A model generated the notes under the pieces. The model worked only from the letters and a program-made list of their open reading frames with translations. It ran no database searches and was not told the origin of the DNA. Shown here one piece after another: positions 51,096-61,952 of a DNA stretch of 64,000 nucleotides (its first letter is position 1; each line of letters opens with the position of its first letter). The position numbers and the translations under genes are program-made. This DNA is from Mobula hypostoma (lineage: Eukaryota): positions 109,990,001 to 110,054,000 of the forward strand of contig NC_086108.1 in the NCBI RefSeq assembly GCF_963921235.1, written 5' to 3'.

Positions 51096-52574
51096 CGGTT
51101 AGTAAGTTGTGAGCATGCAATGTTGGCATCGAGCCACTTGCTGGCTGAGCCCAGCACATATCCTGACTGTGGTAGTCGTCGACACAAACAACACATTTCA
51201 CTGTGTGTTTAACTGTTTTAAAGTACATGTGACAAATAAAATTAATTTGGTCTCCAGGTGTATTAATGTGGTAACCCAGCAAGCCACACCATTCAAAAAT
51301 CATCTTTGCTGGCAACACCCACGCTCAGTGAAACACTAAAAAAAAGGTGAAGGTTCAAAGAAAATTTATTATCAAAGTACAGGTACGTCACCGTATACAG
51401 CCCTGAGATTTGTTTTCTTGTGGGCAATGTCAGTAAAGCAGACGGGTGTTCAGTGCCAACTACCTGCGCGTGAGTGGTCCATCTCTCCCTCTCACTTGGT
51501 GCTGCCGGAGTTCTGGGTCCTGGGAAGGTGAATCGCTGCAGTTTGTGGATTGGACTCTGTAGTTCATGTTATGATGTGATCCTGGTTTCTGACTGCTCTA
51601 TTTTTTGTCGTTATTTTGTGTGATTTTGATCAGGATGGACTGGCTCTGTGCCATGCGGTCAGCAAAGACATAGCGATGGGTCCAGCTGAACTGAGCTGGA
51701 CTGAATGTGCATGGGCTCTTTACAATAACTTCGTACTCTGGTGTTTCAGATTCTGTGTTTTTCACTTTATTTTTGGCATTTGCGCAATTTGTGGGGTTTT
51801 TTTTGCATGTTCGGAGTTTGATGCTTTCTTTGAAAGGGTTTCATGGTTGCCTTCGTTTCATGGATATCCGTGAGAAAAAAAAATCTCAAGGTTTATTACT
51901 GCATACATACATTGATAATAAATGCACTTTGAATCTTTGAATCACCGAACAGGACAGGAAAACAACCAGTGTGCAAAAGACAACAAACCATGCAAATTCA
52001 AAAGAAAAAAAAAGAAATAATAATAATAAATAAATAAACAATAAATTTTGAGAACATGAGATGGAGTGGTTTTGTCACAGAAGTAATACTATAAATTACC
52101 AGTTCATCAACAAATACTGTTGCCATAGATCGAAGGATGTGGATAGAAGCGTTAATCCAGGATTTGATCGTTTAATCCCTGATATTTCATCGCAGGCTGG
52201 CATTGTTGAATAGTGCTGACATTCGGTTGGGACAGTGAGGCCAAGGCCAAGCCCCATCTGTCAATTTACAGCTCAGATTCTGATTTCCAGATTTAGATTT
52301 ATTTACCGTACATCGAAACATACAGTGAAATGTGTCATTTGCGTCATCAACTGACACAGCCAAAGATGCGCTGGGGAAGTCTGCAAGTGTCATCACACGT
52401 TCTGGCACCAACACAGCGTGCCCCCAGTGCTCAGCAGAACAACACACCACTCTTAGCTCTTCTTCCGCCAGACTCTTAAATTTTAAATCATCTACTTCAA
52501 AACATAATTGGCAGTTTAGATTTTTTGAACTGCGCTCCTAAATGGTGGAATTCAATACCTAAAGCTATAATGCA

Positions 52575-55500
52575 AACTAATCCCTCTAACATGAAGTCTA
52601 ACAGGAGACGGATAAAATGGCCTGCAGCTAACATGACTTCACTGTGGAAGCAGTTTGATGAAGATGTTAACCAAATTCTGGAGGCAATAGCGAAGGGAGG
52701 GGTTGATAGGAAGCTGCAAGCCATGACAACAATTATTGTCAGTATCGCAGCTGAACGGTTCGGAGAAGGGGAGAAGGAAGGCTCCAAGACAGCTTACTCG
52801 AAGAACCAAAGAGCATTGAGGATCCACAACATCAGGCAGGAGATGAAAGCGCTGAAGTCCCAATACAAGGAGGCAGGAGAAGAGGAGTGCATTGGCTTGG
52901 CCCAGCTGATGTGCATACTACGAAAGAAGATCAGGGTCCTCCGCCGGGCAGAGTGGCATCGGAGGCGTCGTCGTGAAAGGGCTCAAAAACGTGCTGCCTT
53001 TATCGCCAACCCCTTCAAGTTCACTGGGGGAGAAGCGCAGTGGGAAATTGGCCTGTTCGCAGGAAGACATAGACCAACATCTGAAGAAGATATATAATGA
53101 TCCTGAAAGAGAGCAGGAGTTGGGAGAGTGTGACATCCTAATAGACCCACCTGAACCGGATGTGCAGTTCAACATGTCAGAGCTGCAACTAAAGGAAGTC
53201 AGAGAGGTCGTCCGCAAAGCAAGGGCAAGTTCGGCTCCAGGACCAAGCAACACCTCGTACAAAGTGTACAAGAACTGCCCCAAACTCCTGCTGCGTCTGT
53301 GGAAGATCCTGAGAATCCTCTGGAGAAGGGGGAAGATCTCAGAACAGTGGAGAGAGGCTGAAGGGGTGTGGATCCCAAAGGAGGAAAATGCCACCCAGAT
53401 AGATCTGTTTCGCATCATCTCCTTGCTGTGTGACGAGGCGAAGATCTTCTTCAGTGCCGTTTCTAACCGGCTGTGCACCTACCTAGCAAAGAACACCTAT
53501 ATTGATACATCAGTCCAGAAGGTTGGCATTTCAGGGATGCCGGGCTGTCTGGAGCATATCGGTGTGGTGACACAGCTCATCAGGGAGGCCAGAGAGAACA
53601 AGGGCAACCTGTCAGTGTTGTGGCTCGACCTGGCAAATGCATATGGCTCCATTCCGCACAAGCTGGTGCAGCTCACATTGACCAAATATCACGTCCCCAG
53701 CAGAATCAGAGACCTTATCGCTGATTATTACAGCAACTTCTGGATGTGGGTCTCTTCAGGAGCAATTACATCAACCTGGCACAAGGTGGAGGTCGGCATC
53801 ATCACAGGGTGCACTATCTCAGTGACACTGTTCTCCCTAGCCATGAACATGCTCACTAAGTCTGCTGAACCAGAGTGCAGAGGGCCCAGAATGAATTCCA
53901 CTCAATGGCAACCACCTATCAGGGCATTCATGGATGACCTCACAGTCACCACAGAATCAGTCCCAGGCTGCCGGAGGATTCTGCAAGGGCTCGAAAAGCT
54001 GGTGGAGTGGGCCCGGATGCGTTTCAAACCTGCCAAACCAAGATCGATGGTGCTGAGGAAGGGGAAGGTGGAGAACAAGTTCCGGTTCAGCATCGCAGGC
54101 ACAGCCATCCCGACCATCACAGAAAAGCCAGTCAAGAGCTTAGACAAGGTTTTTGACAGCTCTTTAAGGGACACAACATCCATTCAGGCAACCTGCACCG
54201 AGTTGGATGGCTGGCAGAAATCTGTGGACAAGTCTGGCCTACCTGGGAAGTTTAAAGCCTGTGTGTATCAGCATGGCATTCTTCCCAGAATCCCGTGGCC
54301 CCTCCTCGTCTATGCAGTTCCGATCTCGACAGTCGAAACCTTAGAGAGGGGAGTTAGCAACCACCTCAGGAGACGTCTGGGGCTGCCAAAGAGCCTGAGC
54401 AGCATCGCACTCTATGGACACCACAACAAACTGCAACTGCCCTTCAAATCCTTGGAGGAAGAATTCAAGGTAACAAGAGCCAGAGAAGTGCTACAGTATA
54501 GGGACTCAAGTGACCTGAAGGTGGCTACAGCAGGGATCCAAGTAAGTACTGGCAGGAAGTGGAGGGCAGAGGAAGCTGTTCAGGAGGCAGAGGCGAGGCT
54601 GCGTCACAGGAGGCTGGTGGGAGCGGTCACACGAGGCCGAGCTGGGCTAGGATCCTTTCCAACTCCCCAGATGGACACCAGAGGGAAGGAAAGGCGTCGT
54701 CTAGTTCAGGAGGAGGTGAGAGCAGTAGTGGAGGAGATGAGAGCCTGCAAGGTGGTGGGAATGAAACAACAGGGAGCTTGGACAAGATGGGAGAATGCGG
54801 TTGAGAGGAAAGTGACCTGGGCTGATCTTTGGAAAGCCGAACCACACCACATCCAATTTCTCATCCAGGCAGTGCACGAAGTGCTTCCAAGCCCATCAAA
54901 CCTGCACACATCGAGCAAGGCAGACTCATCTGTGTGCCCACTGTGCTCCAAGCGAGGAACCCTGGAACACATCCTCAGTGGCTGTGCAAGGGCACTTGGT
55001 GAGGGATGGTACAGGTGGAGGCATGATCAGGTCCGGAAGACCATCGCTGAAGCCGTCAGCGCAGGAGTTGAGTGGGTGAAGTGGTCCTGACCCTCCAAGC
55101 AGACCATTGCCTTTGTCAGAGCTGGGGAGCAGCCAATACCTGCCAAAAGAACATCTGCAGGCATCCTGACCTCTGCAAGGGACTGGCAGCTGTTGCTGGG
55201 CCTCTAATGGCAGCTGAAGTTCCCCAACCATATCGCAGCCACCACCCTGTGACCAGACATTGTCCTAGTGTCTGAGGCTACTAAGCAAGTGGTGCTGCTG
55301 GAGCTGACAGTCCCATGGGAAGATAGCTTGGAAGAGGCCTTTGAAAGGAAGCTCTCCAAGTACGCAGGACTGGTCAGCAACTGTCAGCAGGCTGGATGGA
55401 GAGCGAGGTGTCTCCCAGTGGAGGTTGGTTGTAGGGGATTCGTAGCCCGTTCCTTAGTTAGAGCCTTCAGCATTTTGGACATCGAGGGAGAGAGGAAGAG

Positions 55501-55588
55501 GAGAGCCATCCGCAGTAGCACCGATGCGGCAGAGAGGGCCTCAAGATGGCTGTGACTCAAAAGAGGGGAGCCATGGAGTCATAAGTAG
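52575..55588 (+). pseudogene. Disrupted HERO RT-endonuclease ORF
   Basis: Frameshift near 53025; in-frame stops at 55088, 55205, 55250 and 55553; likely native stop TAG at 55586-55588. Confidence 0.85.
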
Positions 55589-55740
55589 CCAGCCATCTGG
55601 ACACAAGCTGGGGTCTGATCAGCCCCGGCTGGGTCACCTGGAGGAGGTTGTATGATGTTGAAAGACCCAAAACACCGGATGATTCCAGGAACATCACTGA
55701 AGATGTGTCCAGAAGCATCAATAGATGTTTGTACACAGAG
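52575..55740 (+). mobile_element. HERO-clade (R2-group, RLE-type) non-LTR retrotransposon, 5'-truncated
   Basis: IKWP...WKQFDEDV N-terminal region; RT (WLDLANAYGSIPH, GIITGCTIS, AFMDDL); CPLC..GTLEHILSGC knuckle; RHDQV; (R)PDIVL...LELTVPWE...RKLSKY...PVEVGCRG nuclease; TSD ATGCA (52570-52574 / 55741-55745). Confidence 0.9.
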
Positions 55741-55931
55741 ATGCAGACTCAGTGACACTTTTAAATTCCAGTTCAAAACCTAATTGGTTAACCTTGCTTT
55801 TAACTAACATCCTTTTGTCTTTTATTTTCATGTTTATTTTTATTTTTATTTTTATTTTTTATTTCATGTTTGTACTTTATCCTATCGTAAAGCGCTTTGA
55901 ATTACATCATCAGTATGTAAAGTGCTTTATA

Positions 55932-56556
55932 CTTGAGAGTTCTCGTGCAGGGTTCCTTAAACGTTAATTTGCAGATTGAGTCAGTGTGAGGAAGGCAAAT
56001 GCTATGTTAGCATTCATTTCAAGAGGACTAGAATATAAAAGCAAGGATGTAATGCTGAGGCTTTATAAAGCACTGTGTATTACAACACGGTGTATTGCGA
56101 GCAGTTATCTAAGTAAGGATGTGCTGACAATGGAGAGGGTTCAAAGGAGGTTCACAAAAATTATTCTGGGATTGAAAAGCTTATCATATGAGGAGCGTTT
56201 AATGGCTCTGGGCCTGTACTCACTGGAATTCAGAAGAATGAGGGGTGATCTCATTGAAACCTATTGAATGTTGAAAGGCCTCAATAGAATGGATGTGAAG
56301 AGGATGTTTCCTGTGGTGGGGGAGTCTAACACCTGAGGACACAGCCTCAGAATAGAGGGATGTCCATTTAGAATGAAGATGAAGAGGAATTTCTTTAGCC
56401 CGAGTGGTGAATCTTTGGAATTCATTACCTCTGGTGACTGCGTGTCATTGGGTATATTTAAGACAGAGGTTAATAGGTTCTTAATAAATCAGGGCATAAA
56501 GGGATGCGGGGAGAAGGGAGGAAACTGAGACTGAGAGGGAAATGGATTAGCCATTA
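55932..56556 (+). mobile_element. CR1 LINE 3' end
   Basis: RKANAMLAFISRGLEYKSKDVMLRLYKAL...LGLYSLEFRRMRGDLIETY. Confidence 0.88.
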
Positions 56557-56557
56557 T

Positions 56558-57272
56558 AGAAACATAGAAAACCTACAGAACAATACAGGCCCTTCGGCCC
56601 ACAAAGTTGTGCCGAACATGTCCCTACCTTAGAAATTACTAGGCTTACCCCTCTATTTTTCTAAGCTCCATGTACTTATCCAAAAGTCTCTTAAAAGACC
56701 CTATCATATCCAACTCCACCACCGTTGCTGGCAGCCCATTCCACGCACTCACCACTCTCTGTGTAAAAAAACTTACCCCTGACATCTCCTCTGTACCTAC
56801 TTCTCAGCACCTTAAACCTGTGTCCTCTTGTGGCAACCATTTCAGCCCTGGAAAAAAGCCTCCTACTATCCACACGATCAATGCCTCTCATCATCTTATA
56901 CGCCTCTCATCATCTTATACGCCTCTATCAGGTCACCCCTCATCCTCCGTCTCTCCAAGGAGGAAAAGTCGAGTTCACTTAACCCGTTTTCATAAGGCAT
57001 GCTTCCCAATCCAGGCAATATCCTTGTACGTCTCCTCTGCACCCTTTCTATGGTTTCCACATCTTTCCTACAGTGAGGCTTCCAGAACTGAGCACAGTAC
57101 TCCAAGTGGGGTCTGACCAGGGTCCTATATAGCTGCAACATTACCTCTTGGCTCCTAATTCAATTCCATGATTGATGAAGGCCAATACACCATACGCCTT
57201 CTTAATCACAGAGTCAACCTGCGCAGCTGCTTTGAGCATCCTATGTACTCAGACACCAAGATCCCTCTGATC
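56558..57272 (-). mobile_element. CR1 LINE 3' end
   Basis: LVRPHLEYCAQFW; (TAGAAACA)n tail on the plus strand; internal 19-bp duplication at about 56883-56920. Confidence 0.9.
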
Positions 57273-57274
57273 CT

Positions 57275-57890
57275 ATAGTACTATAGTACTATAAAACTGA
57301 ATGGTGGTTGATAACAGTTATCAATGGAGGAAATAATCCAGTGTACCAGTGTACAGTGCCATATTCTTTTGATTGACTGTAAATGAACAAAACCAGCACA
57401 GACACCGAGTGCAGATACATCTTTCAAACCTTCATTTTCATTCTAATGTTCAAGATGATTGTCGATACCTTCAAGTTCTCATAGTTCCTAGTTGGTTGAA
57501 GTAGTGAAATCATTTCATTTTCACTCCTGGCGATTTCTGGCATTTCCAAGCATTCAGGCAGGGATCAAAACCATTCCAAATTGTCTTACTGTCTGTTTCT
57601 CGCTAACTATCAGTGACAACATCACTGCTTTTTTAACACAAACATACGCAACTGACGCTACTTAAAAACTATTTGTGTTATGTACAGTGTAGTGTCTAAC
57701 AGCTACACAACTGACGCTGGTTAGAAACTATTTGGCGAGACTTTCATGTCGTAATTAAGCGGCACAGTATCCCAAGTAAATGAAGGGAATCCCAGCTATT
57801 CTCTCAATTAGTTTTTGTTCATTAAGAATTGTCCTAAATAAGCGGCTGCCCTGATTGACCAATGACCCAATTAACCAGAATCAAACTGTA
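57275..57890. mobile_element. Tigger/pogo-like DNA transposon derivative (one end)
   Basis: Ends CCAATTAACCAGAATCAAACTG-TA (CAG-type TIR plus TA), with subterminal TAAGCGGC repeats. Confidence 0.55.
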
Positions 57891-57896
57891 TATGGA

Positions 57897-58110
57897 ATGC
57901 TGGTGAACGCAGCAGGCCAGGCAGCATCTCTAGGAAGAGGTACAGTCGATGTTTCAGGCTGAGACCCTTCGTCAGGACTGGCAAAGGGTCTCAGCCCGAA
58001 ACGTCGACTGTACCTCTTTCTAGAGATGCTGCCTGGCCTGCTGCGTTCACCAGCAACTTTTATGTGTGTTGCTTGAAATTCCAGCGTCTGCAGATTTCCT
58101 CGTGTTTGCG
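57897..58110. mobile_element. Palindromic PLE mini-element with back-to-back hammerhead motifs
   Basis: Near-perfect arms of about 75 bp; minus-strand hammerhead 57944-57979 intact in its core, plus-strand copy has CTGGCAA in place of CTGACGA. Confidence 0.9.
57944..57979 (-). ncRNA. Minimal hammerhead ribozyme motif
   Basis: Minus strand AGTC-CTGACGA-AGG GTCTCAG CCT-GAAA-CA-TC-GACT. Confidence 0.72.
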
Positions 58111-59339
58111 TATATAGAATGAGCTACCATTGGAAGTGGTAGAGGCAGGTACATTTACAACGTTTAAAAGACAGTTGTGCAGGTCTGTAGAAGTTTAGAG
58201 TTGGGATTCCATTTTTATGCCATGGACCCTGACCATTAACTGAAGAGTTTGCAGATTACCCCTGGTTTAGAGGGGTAAGGGCTAAATGCAGGCAAATGGG
58301 ACTGGCTTAGTTGGACATCTTGGTCTGCAAGGACCAGTTGGGCCGAATGGCCTGTTTCTCCGCTGTCTGATTCTATGATTTAAATAGATCAGTACTTCCT
58401 TGCCATGTCGCCAAAAATTGGACAGGCACCATAAGCAGGAATAATGTTCGTGAATTCTTGGAAAGATATCGACAGTCAAAGTCAGAGACCATAAAGATTG
58501 GAAATGCAAAATATCCTTGACTGATGCTAGTTCTTAGAGAGCGTTATTAAGGACCTAAAGTAGAACTGATGTGCTGTATCATCCTTGTAAAATGTCCTTT
58601 AAAAAGTGCTGTGCTTTTGAAATGAATTGGCATAAAAAATGTTCATACATGAAACTATAGAAACAGGAGATGCAAGATTGGATTATTTCTGAAATGTTGC
58701 AGCAAACACAGAGAAAGGGAAACTAGATTTAAGGTTGATTCTTCAAAAGAAAATACATGGTAGAGCATTCTCAAGACTTATGAGATCGCAAGGTGTTACA
58801 ATTCTGAGAGACGTGGGAGTCCTGGACTAAATGTTAACATGCAGTTAACACAAGCAATTAGGCAGGCAAACAGTATTTATCTTCTTTATTTAGATGCAGG
58901 AAAATGAAAAGCATGACACTGTTTAGTGAGGATGTGATTATGAAAGCAGTGGGAAAATCATCCCTCTTCTGCTTCCTGATCTCGTCACTCGGGATTCAGT
59001 GTCACGCAACCCTGCCGCTTTGATCTGGCCCATGTCTTCATTAAGCGGGTGCAACACTTGCCTTCATTGGATCTTCCTCCTCTTTAGCTTGTTTATGGGG
59101 GTGTGGCCAGGGTTAGTCAGGTTGCGGTCTGGATTGGTCGGGACGTGTGGGTCCTTGGACGTTAGGATGAGGGTTAAGGGTATGGTTGGGGGTTTGTACG
59201 TGTGGAGCGGTGGGAGATAGGGTCATGAAGTTTAGCGTCAAGAGGCATGAGGGGCTGTGGTGGATAGTGTTGCGGAGCCACTTTAATCTGGCCCATGCCT
59301 TTCGTTAACCTGGTCTGACACTACTTGGCTTAATTATCA

Positions 59340-59480
59340 CTGTAACACATCACCAGGTAGTGCAACCTGGGGTGTTTCAGGTCTTTAATTACGAGACACC
59401 CTCACCCAGGCAACCCAGCCAGGGTTGATCAGGCCCGGCTTGTGTTATTCCCATGGACCAAGACAATGAGAGGCCTGCAA
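59340..59480 (-). mobile_element. Diverged HERO-type 3' end fragment
   Basis: Reverse complement aligns by eye to HERO 55535-55710 (ACACAAGC..GG.CTGATCA.CCC.GGCTGGGT..CCTGG...AAAGACC..AAACACC...GATGTGT). Confidence 0.7.
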
Positions 59481-59977
59481 TTTCGAGGGTTAGGGTATTT
59501 TAGACCTCATTATTTGGTTTTATTTTGACCATTTAGGGAGTAGAACTCTGTAACAATTTTGTTTTACCAGTCAGGGTTGTTGGTCCTGAGCTGAACCCCC
59601 GATCCTGGAGGACCAGTTGACCACTCTTAGTGCAATCGGATTTCTGAATGGACAGTACGCTCATGTACACGAACTCACTAAGTTTTTCCTTTCTTTGGCT
59701 CTCTTTTTGACTACTTACTTATCTTATTTATCTTATTGTAATTTATAGTTTGTTTATTATCTTTAGCAATATAATGCTGCCAGAAAAGACCATATTTCAT
59801 AACATGTGCCGGTGATTCAGTCCTGACATGCTGGTTCTTCAATAATGTGAAAGGTGCTCGGTAGTCGGAGCTTGGATCGTTTAAAGATGAAGCAAGTATG
59901 TGATGTTTATGAAGATTCTTACTCCGTGCGTTCTGTAGGCATGAGAACATAGTGTTCGAAAGAACAAACTTCTTAGA

Positions 59978-60572
59978 CCATAACACCATACGGCATAGGT
60001 GCAGAATTAGGCCACTCAGCCCATCAAGTCTGCTCCACCATTCCATCATGGCTGATCCCGGATCCCACTCAACCCCATACACGTGCCTTCTCACCATATC
60101 CTTTGATGCCCTGACCAATCAGGAAACTATCAACTTCTGCCTTAAATAAACCCATGGACTTGGCCTCTACCGCAGTCTGTGAAAGAGCATTCCACACATT
60201 CACTACTCTCTGGCTGAAAAAAATTCCCCCTTACCTCTGTTCCAAAAGGTCGACTCCCCCACCCCCAATTTTAAGGCTGTACCCTCTAGTTCTGGATACC
60301 CCCACCACAGGAAACATCCTCTCCACATCCACCCTATCTCTTTCTTTCAACATTTGGTAGGTTTCAATGAGCTCCCCCAACATTCTTCTAAATTCTAGTG
60401 AGTACAGGCCAAAGCTGCCAAACACTCCTCATAACACACCTTCATTCCTGGAATCATCCTTGTGAACCTCCTCTCTAATGACAACACATCCCTTCTGAGA
60501 TATGGGCCCAAAACTGTTGTCAACATTCCAAGTGCAGCCTGACTAGTGTCTTATAAAGGCTCAGCATTATCT
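59978..60572 (-). mobile_element. CR1 LINE 3' end
   Basis: FGLYSLEFRRMLGELIETYQMLK. Confidence 0.85.
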
Positions 60573-60674
60573 TCGCTAACACAAGGAAATCTGCAGATGC
60601 TGGAAATTCAAGCAACACACATCAAAGTTGCTGGTGAACGCAGCAGGCCAGGCCGCATCTCTAGGAAGAGGTAC

Positions 60675-60710
60675 AGTCAACGTTTCGGGCCGAGACCCTT
60701 CGTCAGGACT
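60675..60710 (-). ncRNA. Minimal hammerhead ribozyme motif (best preserved copy)
   Basis: Minus strand AGTC-CTGACGA-A GGG TCTCGG CCC-GAAA-CG-TT-GACT; ACGT palindrome intact; GUU triplet. Confidence 0.78.
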
Positions 60711-60937
60711 AACTGAAAGAAGAGACAGTAAGAGATTTGAAAGTGGGAGGGGGAGGCGGAGATCCGAAATGATAGGAGAAGACAGGAGGGGGAGGGATGG
60801 AGCCAAGAGCTGGAAAGTTGATTGACAAAAGGGATATGAGAGGATCATGGGACAGGAGGTCCGGGGAGAAAGACAAGTGGGGGGGGGAAAGCCCAGAGGA
60901 TGGGCAAGGGGTATAGTGAGAGGGACAGAGGGAGAAA

Positions 60938-60975
<38 letters not shown>

Positions 60976-61390
60976 TGTGTATATAAATAAATAACGGATG
61001 GGGTACGAGGGGCATTAGCGGAGGTTTGAGAAGTCAATGTTCATGCCATCAGGTTGGAGGCTACCCAGACGGAATATAAGATGTTGTTCCTCCAACCTGA
61101 GTGTGGCTTCATCTTTACAGTAGAGGAGGGCGTGGATAGACATATCAGAATGGGAATGGGATGTGGAATTAAAATGTGTGGCCACTGGGAGATCCTGCTT
61201 TCTCTGGCGGACAGAGTGTAGGTGTTCAGCAAAATGATCTCCCAGTCTGCATCAGGTCTCGCCAATATATAGAAGGCCGCATCGGGAGCACCGGACGCAG
61301 TATATCACCCCAACCGACTCACAGGTGAAGTGTCGCCTCACCTGGAAGGACTGTCTGGGGCCCTGAATGGTGGTAAGGGAGGAAGTGTAA

Positions 61391-61687
61391 GGCCACAGTT
61401 TAAGAATAAGAGGTCGGCCATTTAGAATGGAGTTGAGGAAAAACTTCTTCACCCAGAGAGTGATGGATATGTGGAATGCTCTGCCCCAGAAGGCTGTGGA
61501 GGCCAAATCTCTGGATGCTTTCAAGAAAGAGATGGATAGAGCTCTTAAAGATAGCGGAGTCAAAGGCTATGGGGAGAAGGCAGGAACTGTATACTGATTG
61601 TGGATGATCAGCCATGATCACAGTGAATGGCGGTGCTGGCTCGAAGGGCCGAATGGCCTACTCCTGCACCTATTGTCTATTGTCTAT
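61391..61687 (+). mobile_element. Young CR1 3' end with (CTATTGT)n tail
   Basis: Near-identical to 5785-6084. Confidence 0.9.
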
Positions 61688-61952
61688 GGCATGGGTAGCA
61701 CTTGTTCTGCTTACAAGGATAAGTGCCAGGAGGGAGATCGGTGGGGAGGGATGAGGGGGACGAATGGACAAGGGAGTTGCGTAGGGAGCGATCCCTGTGG
61801 AATACAGAGAGAAGTGGGGAGGGAAAGATGTGCTTAGTGGTGGGATCCCGTTGGAGGGGGCAGAAGTTACGGAGAATAATATGTTGGACCCGGAGGCTGG
61901 TGGGGTGGTAGGTGAGGACCAGGGGAACCCTATTCCTAGTGGGGTGAGTTGA

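Larger units (their letters stand above)
52443..55931 (+). mobile_element. L2-type LINE 3' end, split by the HERO insertion
   Basis: Left part LSSSSARLL.../FLNCAPKWWNSIPKAI; right part ADSV..FK..FKT..LAF*, then GTAAAGCGCTTTGAAT...GTATGTAAAGTGCTTTATA L2-type tail. Confidence 0.75.
60578..61952 (-). mobile_element. Penelope-like (Neptune-type) element, left arm of an inverted pair
   Basis: RNRVPLVLTYHP...PGTYPCKQNKC and GVIYCVRCSRCGLLYIGET; interrupted by CR1 at 61391-61687. Confidence 0.92.

Noticed and set aside
52973..55090. 705-aa ORF as a host gene or active element
   Set aside because: It is HERO RT, 5'-truncated and frameshifted, with stops before and within the nuclease.
55645..55680. 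Hammerhead in the HERO 3' UTR (ATGATG..GAAAGAC..AAAAC)
   Set aside because: No complete CTGANGA box, and the motif is not kept in the second HERO tail.
58430..58880. Unique plus-strand coding exon
   Set aside because: Contains RDVGVL...VNMQ..QAIRQAN-like traces of an ancient CR1.
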